From assembly GCF_000150275.1 (NCBI RefSeq), contig NW_002060947.1:4994267-5058266 (forward strand): a stretch of 64,000 bases of DNA, written 5' to 3'. The translations under genes and the position numbers were made by a program. A model generated the notes under the pieces. It was not told the DNA's origin. It saw nothing but the letters and a program-made list of their open reading frames with translations, and made no database searches. The stretch is from Trichoplax adhaerens (taxonomy: Eukaryota > Animalia > Placozoa). This document shows positions 42,340 to 54,402 of the stretch, one piece after another; within the stretch, counting starts at the first letter, position 1; every line of letters begins with the position of its first letter.

Positions 42340-42580
42340 GATACCTATTGCCGGTGTGCGAGCTAGAGACTTTCTCTAGCGCAGCTATCGGAAAAATCTT
42401 GATTTCTACAGCATAGTGTACACTGTACACCATACCATACAGGATAGCCGCACCCCTACTGTACCATACGATATCGTATCGCTACACTCAAGAGTAGGTT
42501 TATAGTACCGTTAGATCATTTAAGACCGGCGATACTGGTTCGGACTAGTTCGGACCGGTTCGGACCTCTTCCAGTACTGT
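42340..42580. promoter_or_regulatory. Putative promoter region of ARM gene B
   Basis: Locally GC-richer. Contains (TA)CTGTAC/TACAG motifs, a GCTAGAGA/TCTCTAGC hairpin (~42362-42380) and 3x (CYRGTTCGGA) at 42535-42564, about 250-450 bp upstream of the ATG. Confidence 0.35.
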
Positions 42581-42817
42581 ATGAAGTCAGGGATCGTTCT
42601 TTCGTGGATACGGACAGAATTTGCACACTCCGGACCGACACTTGTCTTGGTAAACAGTCAAAACATTCCGATCAAGTGGAAAACATTTCTTTACTGCTTC
42701 CAAGTTCAGCCAGTTTGGACGCCGATTGAAATCTTCTTCTGTGACGTTAAGACAAAAATCCAATCAGCAATTTATTTTTCATCTCACGTTGTGGCTTTGG
42801 ATGAAGTAAATGATAAA

Positions 42818-45800
42818 ATGAATCGACAAATTGATGATGATGATAAGAGTGAAGATGATGACGTGATCAATGAACACCGTCTTGTCAATAACAGCAATAG
42901 TGGTGATGGCCGATCGCTAGAGTCTAGAAATAATCCGTTATTATGGATTGGATCTTCGGAGAAGCAATTTTATCGAGCTGAAAATGCAAATCAAGAGGAT
43001 AGCATGAAAGCTAAGTTGAATGCTTGCTATCGAGATGCTGTTGTTCAGGGGCTGAGTAATATTAACAAGGTAAAGTGGCGAAATGCCGGCTTGAAAATGC
43101 GATCGATCATACCCACCATGATATTTTTATTGTACGATTGATCTTGATGATGTTGTGTAGACGGTAAAGAAAGAATGAGTCTATGACATAATCTTGATTA
43201 AATCATGTTAATACTGTAAAGAATCGAATGGCGTAAATTCACTTAAAATTGTAATTCAATCGATAACTAATTTATCTGTGATTGTGCTATTACTGATTAA
43301 ACAAGGATGCATCGTAGTTGGATTGAATTAACTTTTTCCAAGTACTGTACAGTAGGCGTAGAGCCCGCGCTACTACTTTCTCTTCATACAATTCTCCTTA
43401 CACATTGTAATGGTCAATTTGATAAGTGCCAGTAGCTGTGGATTATTTGACTTGTTATTGCTATACCTACTTGAAATGATGTTGAATAGGCAGACGTATG
43501 ATAAATACTGTAAAAGTAGTACTAATGTTAAAAGATACATACAGTACGATGACTACAAATGCAATAGCTATGTCAATCATAATAACTATAGTACTAGCAA
43601 TTGAATCTAATGAATACTCAACCTACTTAAAACTTATATTGAATAGATATAAGATAAGGTAGAAGTCGTTCAGTTTTAGCTTATTAAGTATTGACTGTTG
43701 TAGGAGTAATTAAACCTAACGAATGCTGAAACTGATTAAATTTTATATTGGATAGACATAGGATAATATAGAAGCAGTAAAGTTTTAGCTTATTCATGAT
43801 TGACTATAGTACTAGCAAATGAACCTAGCGAATGCTGAAACTACTTAAACTTATATTAAATAGACATAGGTTAACTTATATCGAATAGATGTAGGATAAG
43901 GTAGAAGCAGTAAAGTTTTAGCTTATTAATCACTGACCATAGGACTAGCAATTGAATACTGAAGCTATTTAAACTTATATTGAATAGACATAGGATAAGG
44001 TAGAAGCAGTTAAATTTTAGTTTATCAAGTATTGACTATAGAACTAGCAATTAAACCTAATGAATGCTGAAACTGATTAAACTTATTTTGGATAGACATA
44101 GGATAAGATAGAAGCAGTAAAGTTTTAGCTTATTAATTGTTGACTATAGTACTAGTAATTGAACCGAATGAATCCTGAAACTACTTACTTTTATTGAATA
44201 GACATAGGATAAGGTAGAAGTAGTAAAGTTTTCGCTTCTTAATTATTGCTATGCGTTCATGTCATAAGTGCAGAGGAGAGAGATGGGCTATGGAATTATA
44301 ATCTCAAATAATCTAAACTAGGGTTTTATAGTAAAGTTGACTTGTGCGCTAGGTGGAATGAATAAGTACTGAAAATACTCTTACTGATATTGTATATTGA
44401 ATCGACAAATGAGAACTGCAGCAGAAGATATCGCGAGATAAGCCAATGGTTCTTGCCACACTTACGTTTGATAAGTACAGTAAAAATAGGAAAATAACTA
44501 TGGGTTAGGTTCATGATAATCATCGCTGCTCATATCTTTTACTGATATATAACGAGCTGGGCCTTAGTACAGTGAAAAAGAGCATTGGTAATATTTTATA
44601 ATTGGACAGTATTTAATTTAAGTATGATATTAACAAGTATATCGAATCGATAATCTTAATAATTAGCTTACCTTGGCTACGGAATAGATTGCTAGACACG
44701 AGCTTTGAATAAGTAACTGGCGATCCATGAGTACGAGCACGTATCATAGGATATTCTATTAGAATGCTCAAATTAGTGCTGAGTTGAATTAAAAACGTTC
44801 TCCCTGTGATGTAAAATCGTACCGTGGACCTTTTTGTACTAGCACTAAATATTGGATACAATACATACTTAGTGAGTTATTACTTTCTATAGATTAAAAC
44901 AACACAATTTTTGTTCCAATAAGGAATAAGTTTATATAAAACTAAAAACTAAAGTAAGTGTTCCTACTTGAGCATCACGGTAAGGTAAAACGGGCCTTTA
45001 CCATACTTATAATTTGCTATTTATTCAACCTGTCAATAACTAGATTACTGTACGACGGTAGTTTTAGCGAAAGCGTAATGATAGCTGTTGTTTGATACCT
45101 ATTTTATTTTACCATACTGTATTAGTGAAGTAAAGTTCAGGCGTTTCGGCAGCCCTTTACCTGAAGCGGTTATTGATTAATTTTATAAACCTATTTCCCC
45201 TTGTAGCGCCGACAAAATGGACACTATGTCCCTATATTACAATATCGAAGAAAAAGGGTTATTAGAGACAGAGTATTGGTAGTACTTGTATAGTCGATGT
45301 CTTTATGTTTAATAAATTGCATTGTAACAATTTATAACTTTATAGGATATAGCAGCTGACAAACTAATGAATGTCTAGATTGTATTTTAATTGTGAAAGC
45401 ATGCAAATCTCACCAATCTCATTATTGATGTTACAATAATCTATTTAGAAACTGCGAAGTACGACCGATGATGATGAATTAAAGAGAATATTAGAAGCTG
45501 CTAGGTAATCTTTCCGCAATACTGTATAAAATCCAAAGAACTGAATACTAGCGATTATCGAAGACCTATCGTGGCATTATTATAATATCTGAACTTAGAC
45601 TATACTAAGATGAAAAATTAATTTTTAATATGTGGAAAGTAGATATTGTATAAATAGTATTGCTTTAATTTAGCTTACATAGTAATTTCTTTACTTCATT
45701 ATGTAAACTTACAGGACCATTTTAACAACACCACTTAGATTACAAAGGGATTATGTTAACAGGTTTAGTATTGGATTTGATTCATGATAGTAATTACTTT

Positions 45801-48800
45801 ATCGATTAATGTTTATAATGCTTTATTTCACTACAAATATATGTTACAGCGATGATATGATCAGAAATCTTCTAGACTGTATGAGGAATTGTTTTGAGTA
45901 AGCTCTTATGCATGATCGTGCTAATACCAGTAGTATTAATTGTGATTATGTTACTAAGCTAGTTTTATCATATAAACTAAAGCAAACGTGTACGAAATCA
46001 AATTATGTATTGTTGGTGATGATACAAAAGTACTTACGTTACCACGTCTGTTAGACGTAGCTGATCGCTAGAAATATGGAGAATTAAATATTTAAATATA
46101 GATATAGGAAAAAGTTATTTGAACTATACCCTGTACTTCTAACTGAACCTTAAAGTATTGTCTTCGTATTACAGCGCTGAATTGCAACTATTGGCTGCTG
46201 AAATTTTACGAATGATTGCTGTTGAAAAAGGAATATCTGTGGCTACATTTGATGAAGGTAAGGAGCTGTTTCATAGCTGTATATAGGGAAATTGGTAAAT
46301 GATGAACAAGATGAAGAACAAATAGTATAATGTTCCCGTTCTTAATATCCAATTTTAAGTTAGCAACATTAATTGATTTGAATCACTGATTTAATTAGCT
46401 ACAAGAATAGCTGTGCCTATTTTACTGAAGCTACTTAGCAGTTGTAGAACCGACATCGCAATACGAGTACTGCAGGAAATTGAAAAAGCTGAAGGTCATT
46501 GATAGCAGAATTATTCATATAAATTTTGATAACCTTCAAAGTAATGAAATTTTCTTTCTTATCATTATTTTGATAAAGATGACGAAGACTTCAGATACAG
46601 CATTGATTTATACTCTAAAGGATTTGCGTCATTAATCGGAGATATTATTAAAATCGATGAGCCGGTCTGCCCATTTTTTTTACGAAGTCACTTTATTTCA
46701 TGCTGGATATTGCGTGATTGATGGGCTTGACTGTGACTAACTAGCTTCATTTTCGGATATTATAGGTTGCATTACTGAGAGCAGCAACTGCAGCAATTAA
46801 AATTCATTTATCCAATAGCGATTTATATATTGTACCTTATGTAAAGTTTCAGAAGGTAAATTATAGAATACTATTACTCAACATACAGAAATTGACTTAA
46901 TGAATTAGTGTGTGTTTGCTTTTACATATAAACTGTTTTAATAATATAAAATAGAGCATGTGATGATAGAAAGATTTTAATTTACTTACTTTAGCTGATG
47001 CCAAAACTCTTGCAACTAATGCAGCTAGATGACATTGAGGTAGGTTATAAGCATATGTATGACCTTTACATTGATTAATTAATCAATAAATTAATTCGAT
47101 GACATTTGGTTTAACTGTAATCATGAATGCAAACATATAGATCCTAGCCAATGTGTGTTATTCTGTCATTCAGTTACTGAATCGTGATGATTACCAAATT
47201 ATTTTAGAGGTGAGAAATGCTTTAACAGTGTAATATGCATCAATTTTACTTCTGCTTTAGTTAGCTCTTTCCGTATGAGTTTATGCGAAGAATAATGATT
47301 AGCTCAAAATTTCAATTTTTTTCATTGCAAAAGGAAATCACGAGATCCGAGGCGAAATTAGTCTCACGCCTTTTTTCGCTTCTCAGTAGTAGTTCGGCGA
47401 TAGTTTTGGTATGGTAGGATTAATAACTCTCGTTATCAAACAAGAATTATCTTTCAAAACATTAAAATTTCTTTACATGTTATCATCATTTCGTTGTAGA
47501 TTCCTACTATGAATTTATTAATTAAGTTAGTTAACGTCAGGACTAACATTTCTGGTAAACAACTAGCTCAGGTGCGTTTTACTTAAAAACTTAATAATTT
47601 TATTATATTATTTTAAGCTGCAAGTGGCAAACTTCACACTCAATCTTGGGTGATGGTGTTATTTATACCCAATTTTTTTAATTGATTGACAATCATATCT
47701 AGTTTTTATAGATGCAGATTTTAGCATAAGATTAATTAATACGCGTATCTTTTCAAAAAAATTAATGGATCAATATCCACTTTCAATTAGATATTGATTG
47801 ACATGAAATTATTTCAACGACTATCAATACTACTTCAACATCCTCAAGCATCAGTAAAATCGGTGGAGTACATTGCAAATTTAAATAATTTTTTTATGGC
47901 ATAAATCTTATGTTGTTACTTTTGTTAACTAATAAAGGTGGCTACGGTGATGGTTGAGAGCTTTCGCTGGTGGGATCGGGAGACTTTTTTGGTAATTATT
48001 TGTTAAAGTATTATGTACATTCTTGGGTGTAAATGATTTTAGTCGTAACTGTAACATATGTTAGCTACGGAATAAATTTCGAGACTGTTGCAATAAAAAC
48101 TAGTATATAATTCTATATCTGAAAACATTAAATCATTGTGATTTTTAGAATATGCTGGATGAAGAGATTTTGGTCCCTATTTTAAGAAATTTTTGCCATG
48201 TTAGTTTCTCATATAATTGTTTTAACCAATAAGCGCGCTTGTGTATAGAGTTGCTAAAGATTATATCCTGCCAACGTAACAGGATGGATATAACATCAAG
48301 ATTGCGGTTGCAATATTATCGAATTACATCATAAAAGTCAAAAACACTGACAAGGTACTAAAAATAATGAATTCAGAAATATCAATCTGTCAATTCATGA
48401 ATTAATTTATTTCGGCTGATAGTCTTCATTCATGATACCATATTTTTTGTAATAAATTTTTATTCGTAAACTAGTTTGTAAAGTTGCTAGAATATGGTGT
48501 GGTTGAAGTTGGATGTAATTTGCTATTATCACCGAATAGAGAGCATGTAAGAAAGGGAATCATGTCGGATTATTTATATTTCATGTGTTATAGCACTAAG
48601 CAATTATAAATTATTGATCGTTGCATTCACAGCTACACGATGGGTTAAGACTAATGTACTGTCTTGCTATGGTAAGAAAATTTTTTGCGTCAATTGTACT
48701 AGTTTTTACTATTTTATCACTCAAAATTTCAACTAATTTATCACCTCTTATAGTATAAGGGTTATAAATTGAATGTTATTTGTTGGTAGTATCGGTTAAA

Positions 48801-49195
48801 GAGTGCTTTCCAATTTATTTAAATCCATTTCTTAATTGATCAGCGTGCTGGAAAAGAAAAGATGGAATATGCAGCTCAAGTTAGGATAAAATCAATGAAA
48901 GGTAGCGGTTGTAGCGTACCATAAAGCATACATAACTATAGTATATTATTAATTGTCGGATGCATGCCTATGCCATTATATAGACCTGATATAGTTACTT
49001 TGATTTAATTGATAACCATTACGCTAGTACGAGTACTTGCAGTTGTTAGCCCTTCATTTCGAGCTAAATAGTAAAAATCAAAATCCTTACTTTGTAGGTG
49101 CGCTCTATAAACTCAAAGAACTGCGAGCTCCCAGTAGCTTTATAACCCGAGAAGTTACAGCAGACATCTTGAAGAAGCTCAAAATAGATTTATGA
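42818..49195 (+). CDS. Divergent importin-alpha-like ARM-repeat protein B, 21 exons, tandem paralog of A
   Basis: Exon 1 42818-43069 (acidic 'MNRQIDDDDKSEDDD'), then 20 small exons from 45207 to 49195. Intron positions and phases match gene A across the ARM region. Homologous peptides: 'VALLRAATAAIKI' vs 'VQFLRAAASALKL'; 'LMPKLLQLMQLDDIE' vs 'LLGIVTVLIQFDDIE'; 'ILIDMKLFQRL' vs 'FVVDMKLLPLL'. Also 'AVPILLKLLSS'. TGA at 49193-49195. Confidence 0.8.
43585..44250. repeat. Intronic minisatellite, 6 copies of ~108 bp
   Basis: Unit starts (actatagtactagcaattgaa-like) at 43585, 43694, 43803, 43936, 44035, 44143. Shared core 'aatagacataggataaggtagaagcagtaaagttttagcttatt'. Lies in intron 1 of ARM gene B. 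Confidence 0.92.
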
Positions 49196-50729
49196 TAATA
49201 TATTAAATGTTATATGATACGTATATCTTTTGTTCTATTCTTATCCTTAAAAATTTGTATTATTTGTTCACACACTTCTGAATTGAAACTTACTACACGA
49301 CAGTGATTTATAATTTTACATTTTTAGCATGATTTTAATTTACGTTGATCTTATTAGTAAAATAACTATCTGTAAACCTAAGATACCGTATAGGGAAAAA
49401 ATTTATAAGGATATATTATTAATCGATTAACTGTTATCTATTGATCCTATTCCGGATTTATGTCATATCATGATAAATTATGGTTACGTTAATCACTTTC
49501 ATAACATGCTAATGATTAGGTAGGTAGAGCTCCTTTTTCATCTACCATGACTTAATCGAATTCAGTATCAACAAGTATTGCAGCAATGCTAGTTTTTTTA
49601 TATCAAAAATCAGCACTCTTGCCACAAGTGTGCATATACAGTACATATGTGTCCACACGAATTTATGGTTATGATGTAATCATTCATAACCTAATGGATT
49701 TATTTATCCTGTGTTACTGTTTGTGATGCTTCTTATGTATTATCCTGATTTGAGAATATTTTTACCTACTTTTCTATAAATTAGCTGAGGTTTAATAATA
49801 TCAAGTGATTGCTATGTATTGACGACTTGTTTACAAACAAATTGCATTTCAATAAATCATCAATCGGACTAATGATAAAAAAATGTTTTTCAGAAGTTTC
49901 CTTGCTTTAATATGTTGGTTCAATTGATCTTGTTTGCTTATGATTACGTAGTAGTAGGTGTGATAACAACTATTGATTAAGATTCGTTGCCGATGATGAT
50001 GAGAAGAATACCTATTTTTGTTTACTTACCGTAATAAATTTCGATCATTTTTTATTTTTTCCTCAAGCCCTCATCAAATTAGGTGCGGATATTTTTAAAT
50101 TGTGATAAATTAGCCAAGAAATTTCATTTTATTCTCCATACACTGTACTATTTCCAATCATTCGCGAATGCGTATTAAGACGTTAGAGGTCTTACATTTT
50201 CGCTCTCAGAAGCTATCGTTCTAGTATCATGCACGTACAGTATATTGCCTAGGTACAGTAGGTGTATGATTACGTTTATCAATCAGTAATTCGCAGCAGG
50301 ATAAATTACGAAATACGAACAATATGCATGTTCAGCGGGTAGTCTTTGCCATTGCGTATATAAAGATTTCAGGACTGAAATGATAATTAAAATCCTGGCT
50401 TTTCTTCTTTATACTTGCCATGCATTCTTATCAACGATTTACTAGTACACTAAGTACTGTACAGTATAATATTCCCTTAATATTAATATTTAGAAACTGA
50501 ATACTTTTTGATTCGTTAGCTTTGACAATAATATTGCGCTCAATTCAATTTAGTGATGATATTTGAGAGCCTCCATTACGATCTCTCGAGTGGAATTAAA
50601 ATAAACTAAATATTTCGTATATATTTATTTTTTACTTGTTCGTGGCACTTGCCGGCTAAGCTAAAGCAAACGCCATTGGGTAGGTGTTAGGAGCTGTTAC
50701 GCATGCGTCACAAAGTAGTTTCCGTCAAG

Positions 50730-53700
50730 ATGGAGCAACACGATATGGTGTTGTTGATTGCTTTAGCTTTCTTTACTTTACTTTTTCTCTATTTTATGCC
50801 CAGGAAGAAGAATCGCCAACCTCCAGTTATCGGTGGCTATATACCATTAATAGGTTGCGCGATACAATTTGGACGAGATCCAATCCAGTTTATACGTCAA
50901 TGTCGTGATAAGGTAAGCAATTACGTTAAGGTCTACGCTTTGTTGATGCAACAATTCGGAGACGTGTAAAACGCTCAGTATCTTGATGATGTTATGTACA
51001 TCTAGTAGCAGCTCCTGACTTGCTAAATGCTTGGGCTGATTAGATTATTTTGTTAGTCTGATAACGAGAAAATACACCTATTAGAAATACTGAGTTTGTT
51101 AATTTGCTTCCTTTGTTTTAAATTATATCTTGCAGTATGGAAAGATTTTTACGTTATCTTTACCTGGACAGCGTTTAACCTTCTTACTGGATGCTAATGA
51201 CTATGATAAATATTATAGTACCAATTGCGTCGATTTTCAAGCTGCAGTTCAACCAACATGCCAAAAAACTGCTAATATTACCAAATCAGCTTTTATTGAT
51301 AGCCATTCTAAATTACACGATCTAGTTAAAGGAAGGCTGTCATCCAATTACCTGCAAGTATTATCGATCAAACTAAGCCAAAAATTTCATCAACAAAGTA
51401 AAAAACTGCCTCAAGATGTTGAGATGGAATTAATGGACATTGTCAAGACATTTATGTTTAAACCTGTCCTGGAATGTATGTTTGGTGATGATATACTATT
51501 TTCCAAGAAGGTATAACCTTTTGTAAATATCAAATCAAGTAATATGTGGCAGATGGTATATATTCTGTATTTTACAGGTGGTTAATATATTACCAATTGC
51601 ATTACCGTGGTTACGCTCGTTAGTTATTGCATTCAGTTTGCTTTTTGAATTATTAACAAAGTCTGGGGATCCCGTGAAGACTTGAGAAATCGCTGCAAGC
51701 ATTATACTATACCTCTATAGCTTGGATAGTGCATACAAGTGATCGATACAGTGCTTGAAATGGAAATCTTGATATAAATAATTTTTGTTATTTATGATGT
51801 TTGCTATTAGAGCGATTGTGAAGATTTGTGGCAGCAATTGAAGGATTTTGATGCTGATTTTGAAATGGGAGCACAAATTCCAGAAGTATTTCTAAGGTTG
51901 TCTGAGATTTTTAGTTAGGGAATTGTAGTGTAAATGAAATAATTCTGAAACAGTGTCTAACTTGTCCATATTGCATTTCTTGACTATTATATAGCAAGTG
52001 GGCTAAATCAAAACAGTGGCTATTAAGAAAATTTGAGCATGCGGTTCAACAAGCCAAAGGTTTTAATAATTTAATCACTTCGTTTGCCTGTTATTACCTT
52101 AACATTAACTTTGTTTATCTGAATATACTTGTACATCCTCCATGATGATGAAAATGGTCGATCTCATCTGCTCTTCTAACATTTCTTGATAGATGTAAAC
52201 TCAGACCAGGATAACAATTCTAAGGTTGTTACATAATCGTCATATATTCAATTGCAACAATTTCTTGTAGATTTACTATCAGCCTTACTTGAATTTCTTA
52301 GTAAAAGAAACGTTTCAGGATTGCATCGAGTAACTTATAGAAATTAATATAACTATTACATTGCGTCTAAGTAATATTATCAATGTACTCTATACAGACT
52401 ATTTTCCAGTCCTTACTGAGCACCGTCAGGAAAGATGCTGCTGCAAATTTTGGATTGCTGTTTTTTTGGGCAACCCAAGCTAATGCAATACCGGTTTGTA
52501 TTATTATTCACTTTGCAATGTTACATTGTCCGCATGAAAAAACATTTATGCAGTGTCTGTGTGATCGATGTTTTCTTTACGTTTTTCAATTCTTCAGATT
52601 TTACGTATGTGAATGAAGCGTAATGCTCGTATATATGATTATGCATATGCTGTATATTTTTTTGTAGGCGGTTTATTGGAGCCTTATAAATATTTGTCAA
52701 AATCCACGTATATATGAAAAAGTTATGGAAAATTTACTATCTGTGTGGTCAACTGCAGGTACAAACAAAAAATTAATGGTCTGAAGTCTAATATAGATGA
52801 ATTTCTGTATCAAAATTGTTAATTAATACCCATTATCTTAAGAAATTCTTTAATGTTAGCATTTTTTACGGAATACCGAAACTGTCCAATAATTATTAAC
52901 AGATGATGAAGTGATGATTAAAGAAGAAGATATCAAACATCTATCCTACATAAAATGGTATTTTATATTTTTTTCGATCATTCGCAGCACTATTCCGTCC
53001 TAAGATATCAAAATATCAATCACACTCTAAAATAGGTGTATCTTAGAAGCGATAAGATTAGAAAGCCCAGGAGTGTCTTCTCCAAGAATGGTCACTAAAC
53101 CTATTGAATTTCAGGTTCCTATACATCTGAAATTAAGAAATTTTGCTGCATTTCTTGTAAGCTAAGATAGCTATGATTGAAAACAAATTGAAAATCTGCT
53201 ATAGAATTTTGTTGTTCCGCCTGGGAATATGATGGTTATAAGCCCATTTTGGTCGCATCGAGATAAGGACTACTTTACCGATCCTGATACATATAATCCT
53301 GTATGTGTAGCATCAATGACGAGCTTATTGTGGTACTAGTAAATATCATGACGTCGATATGCTATCTTATTAAACCATGTTACTTAATTCTACCGAAATT
53401 AAAGTGATATTATTGATGGAACTGATGGCAAATATTATCATAGGATCGCTGGTTGAAGATGAATAATACGAAAAAAGCTTTTATAGATGGATTCGTTGCA
53501 TTTGGAGGTGGAAGATACCAGTGCCCAGGAAGGTTAGTATACTGTATACATTTATATATGACATGCACTTAAAGAGTTCTGGTATAAGTAATTATAAAAA
53601 AGGTAAAATTTTAGGTGGTTCGCTATCATGGAAATGCAAGTTTTTATTTCTTTACTTCTTTTAAACTATAAAATCGAATTGATAGACTACAAGCCTCAGG

Positions 53701-53871
53701 TTCGTTGTAACACTTTGAATTTTACTAAGTAGCATTTATAATATCCAACTTATGTCGAAGGAATCTGAGTTTCTACTTTATCTTACATAGAAACCGACAC
53801 GTCTGGTAGGCCTCCAGCATCCGCATACTGCATGCATAGCAAAACTAAGTAGGCGAAACTCTTGTAGATAA
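50730..53871 (+). CDS. CYP39A1: Cytochrome P450, clan 7, CYP39A1-like (oxysterol 7-alpha-hydroxylase-like), spliced
   Basis: N-terminal TM anchor plus 'PPVIGGYIPLIGCAIQFGRDPIQF'; 'VDFQAAVQ'; 'FDADFEMGAQIPE..WAKSKQWLL'; I-helix 'NFGLLFFWATQANAIP'; ExxR 'ILEAIRL'; 'SPFWSHRD'; heme motif 'FGGGRYQCPGRWFA'. Stop at 53869-53871. Confidence 0.88.
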
Positions 53872-54402
53872 AAATTTTAGCTACATTATGAACATCAAAA
53901 GATACAAATACTGCGATATGGTTCAAACAACGTTTTAATTCGACATCAGGAAGATATAATCAAGAATTACTGTAGCTACATATAGCTGAGCAAATGACCA
54001 ATGTTAAATCTATGTCCAGAGTTACAACGCTGCAGTTGCTCTATTACTGAAACATTTTACTACAACTTGTTACAAGCTTACCACATTATTGTCTATCCAG
54101 ATTATACCACAAATGTAAGCAAACTATAGGGCAGATATAATGTACTAACAAGCCCTTAGAATTTCATATTTGCAATGTTTGCCGAATTTTTGTTTTACTG
54201 TGAACATATCATACATGTAACTTCTAGTACATAAATAAATTCATCCATTTTGTACGTTAATATCTAATGCACCGCTTAATGAAGACTTCCTCAATGACCT
54301 CAACAAATTTTTTAGTCATGCAGAGAAAAATACTACTAGTGTGGGATGACTATATATGACTTAATTTAATGCCTATGGTTGTCATAAACGATAACATGCA
54401 AT

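Noticed and set aside
42581-43141. 186-aa ORF as a standalone gene
   Set aside because: It is exon 1 of ARM gene B plus flanking in-frame sequence; there is a donor AAG|GTAAAG at 43069/43070.
43585-44250. CRISPR-like array
   Set aside because: The whole unit repeats with no unique spacers, there are no cas genes, and it lies in a eukaryotic intron.
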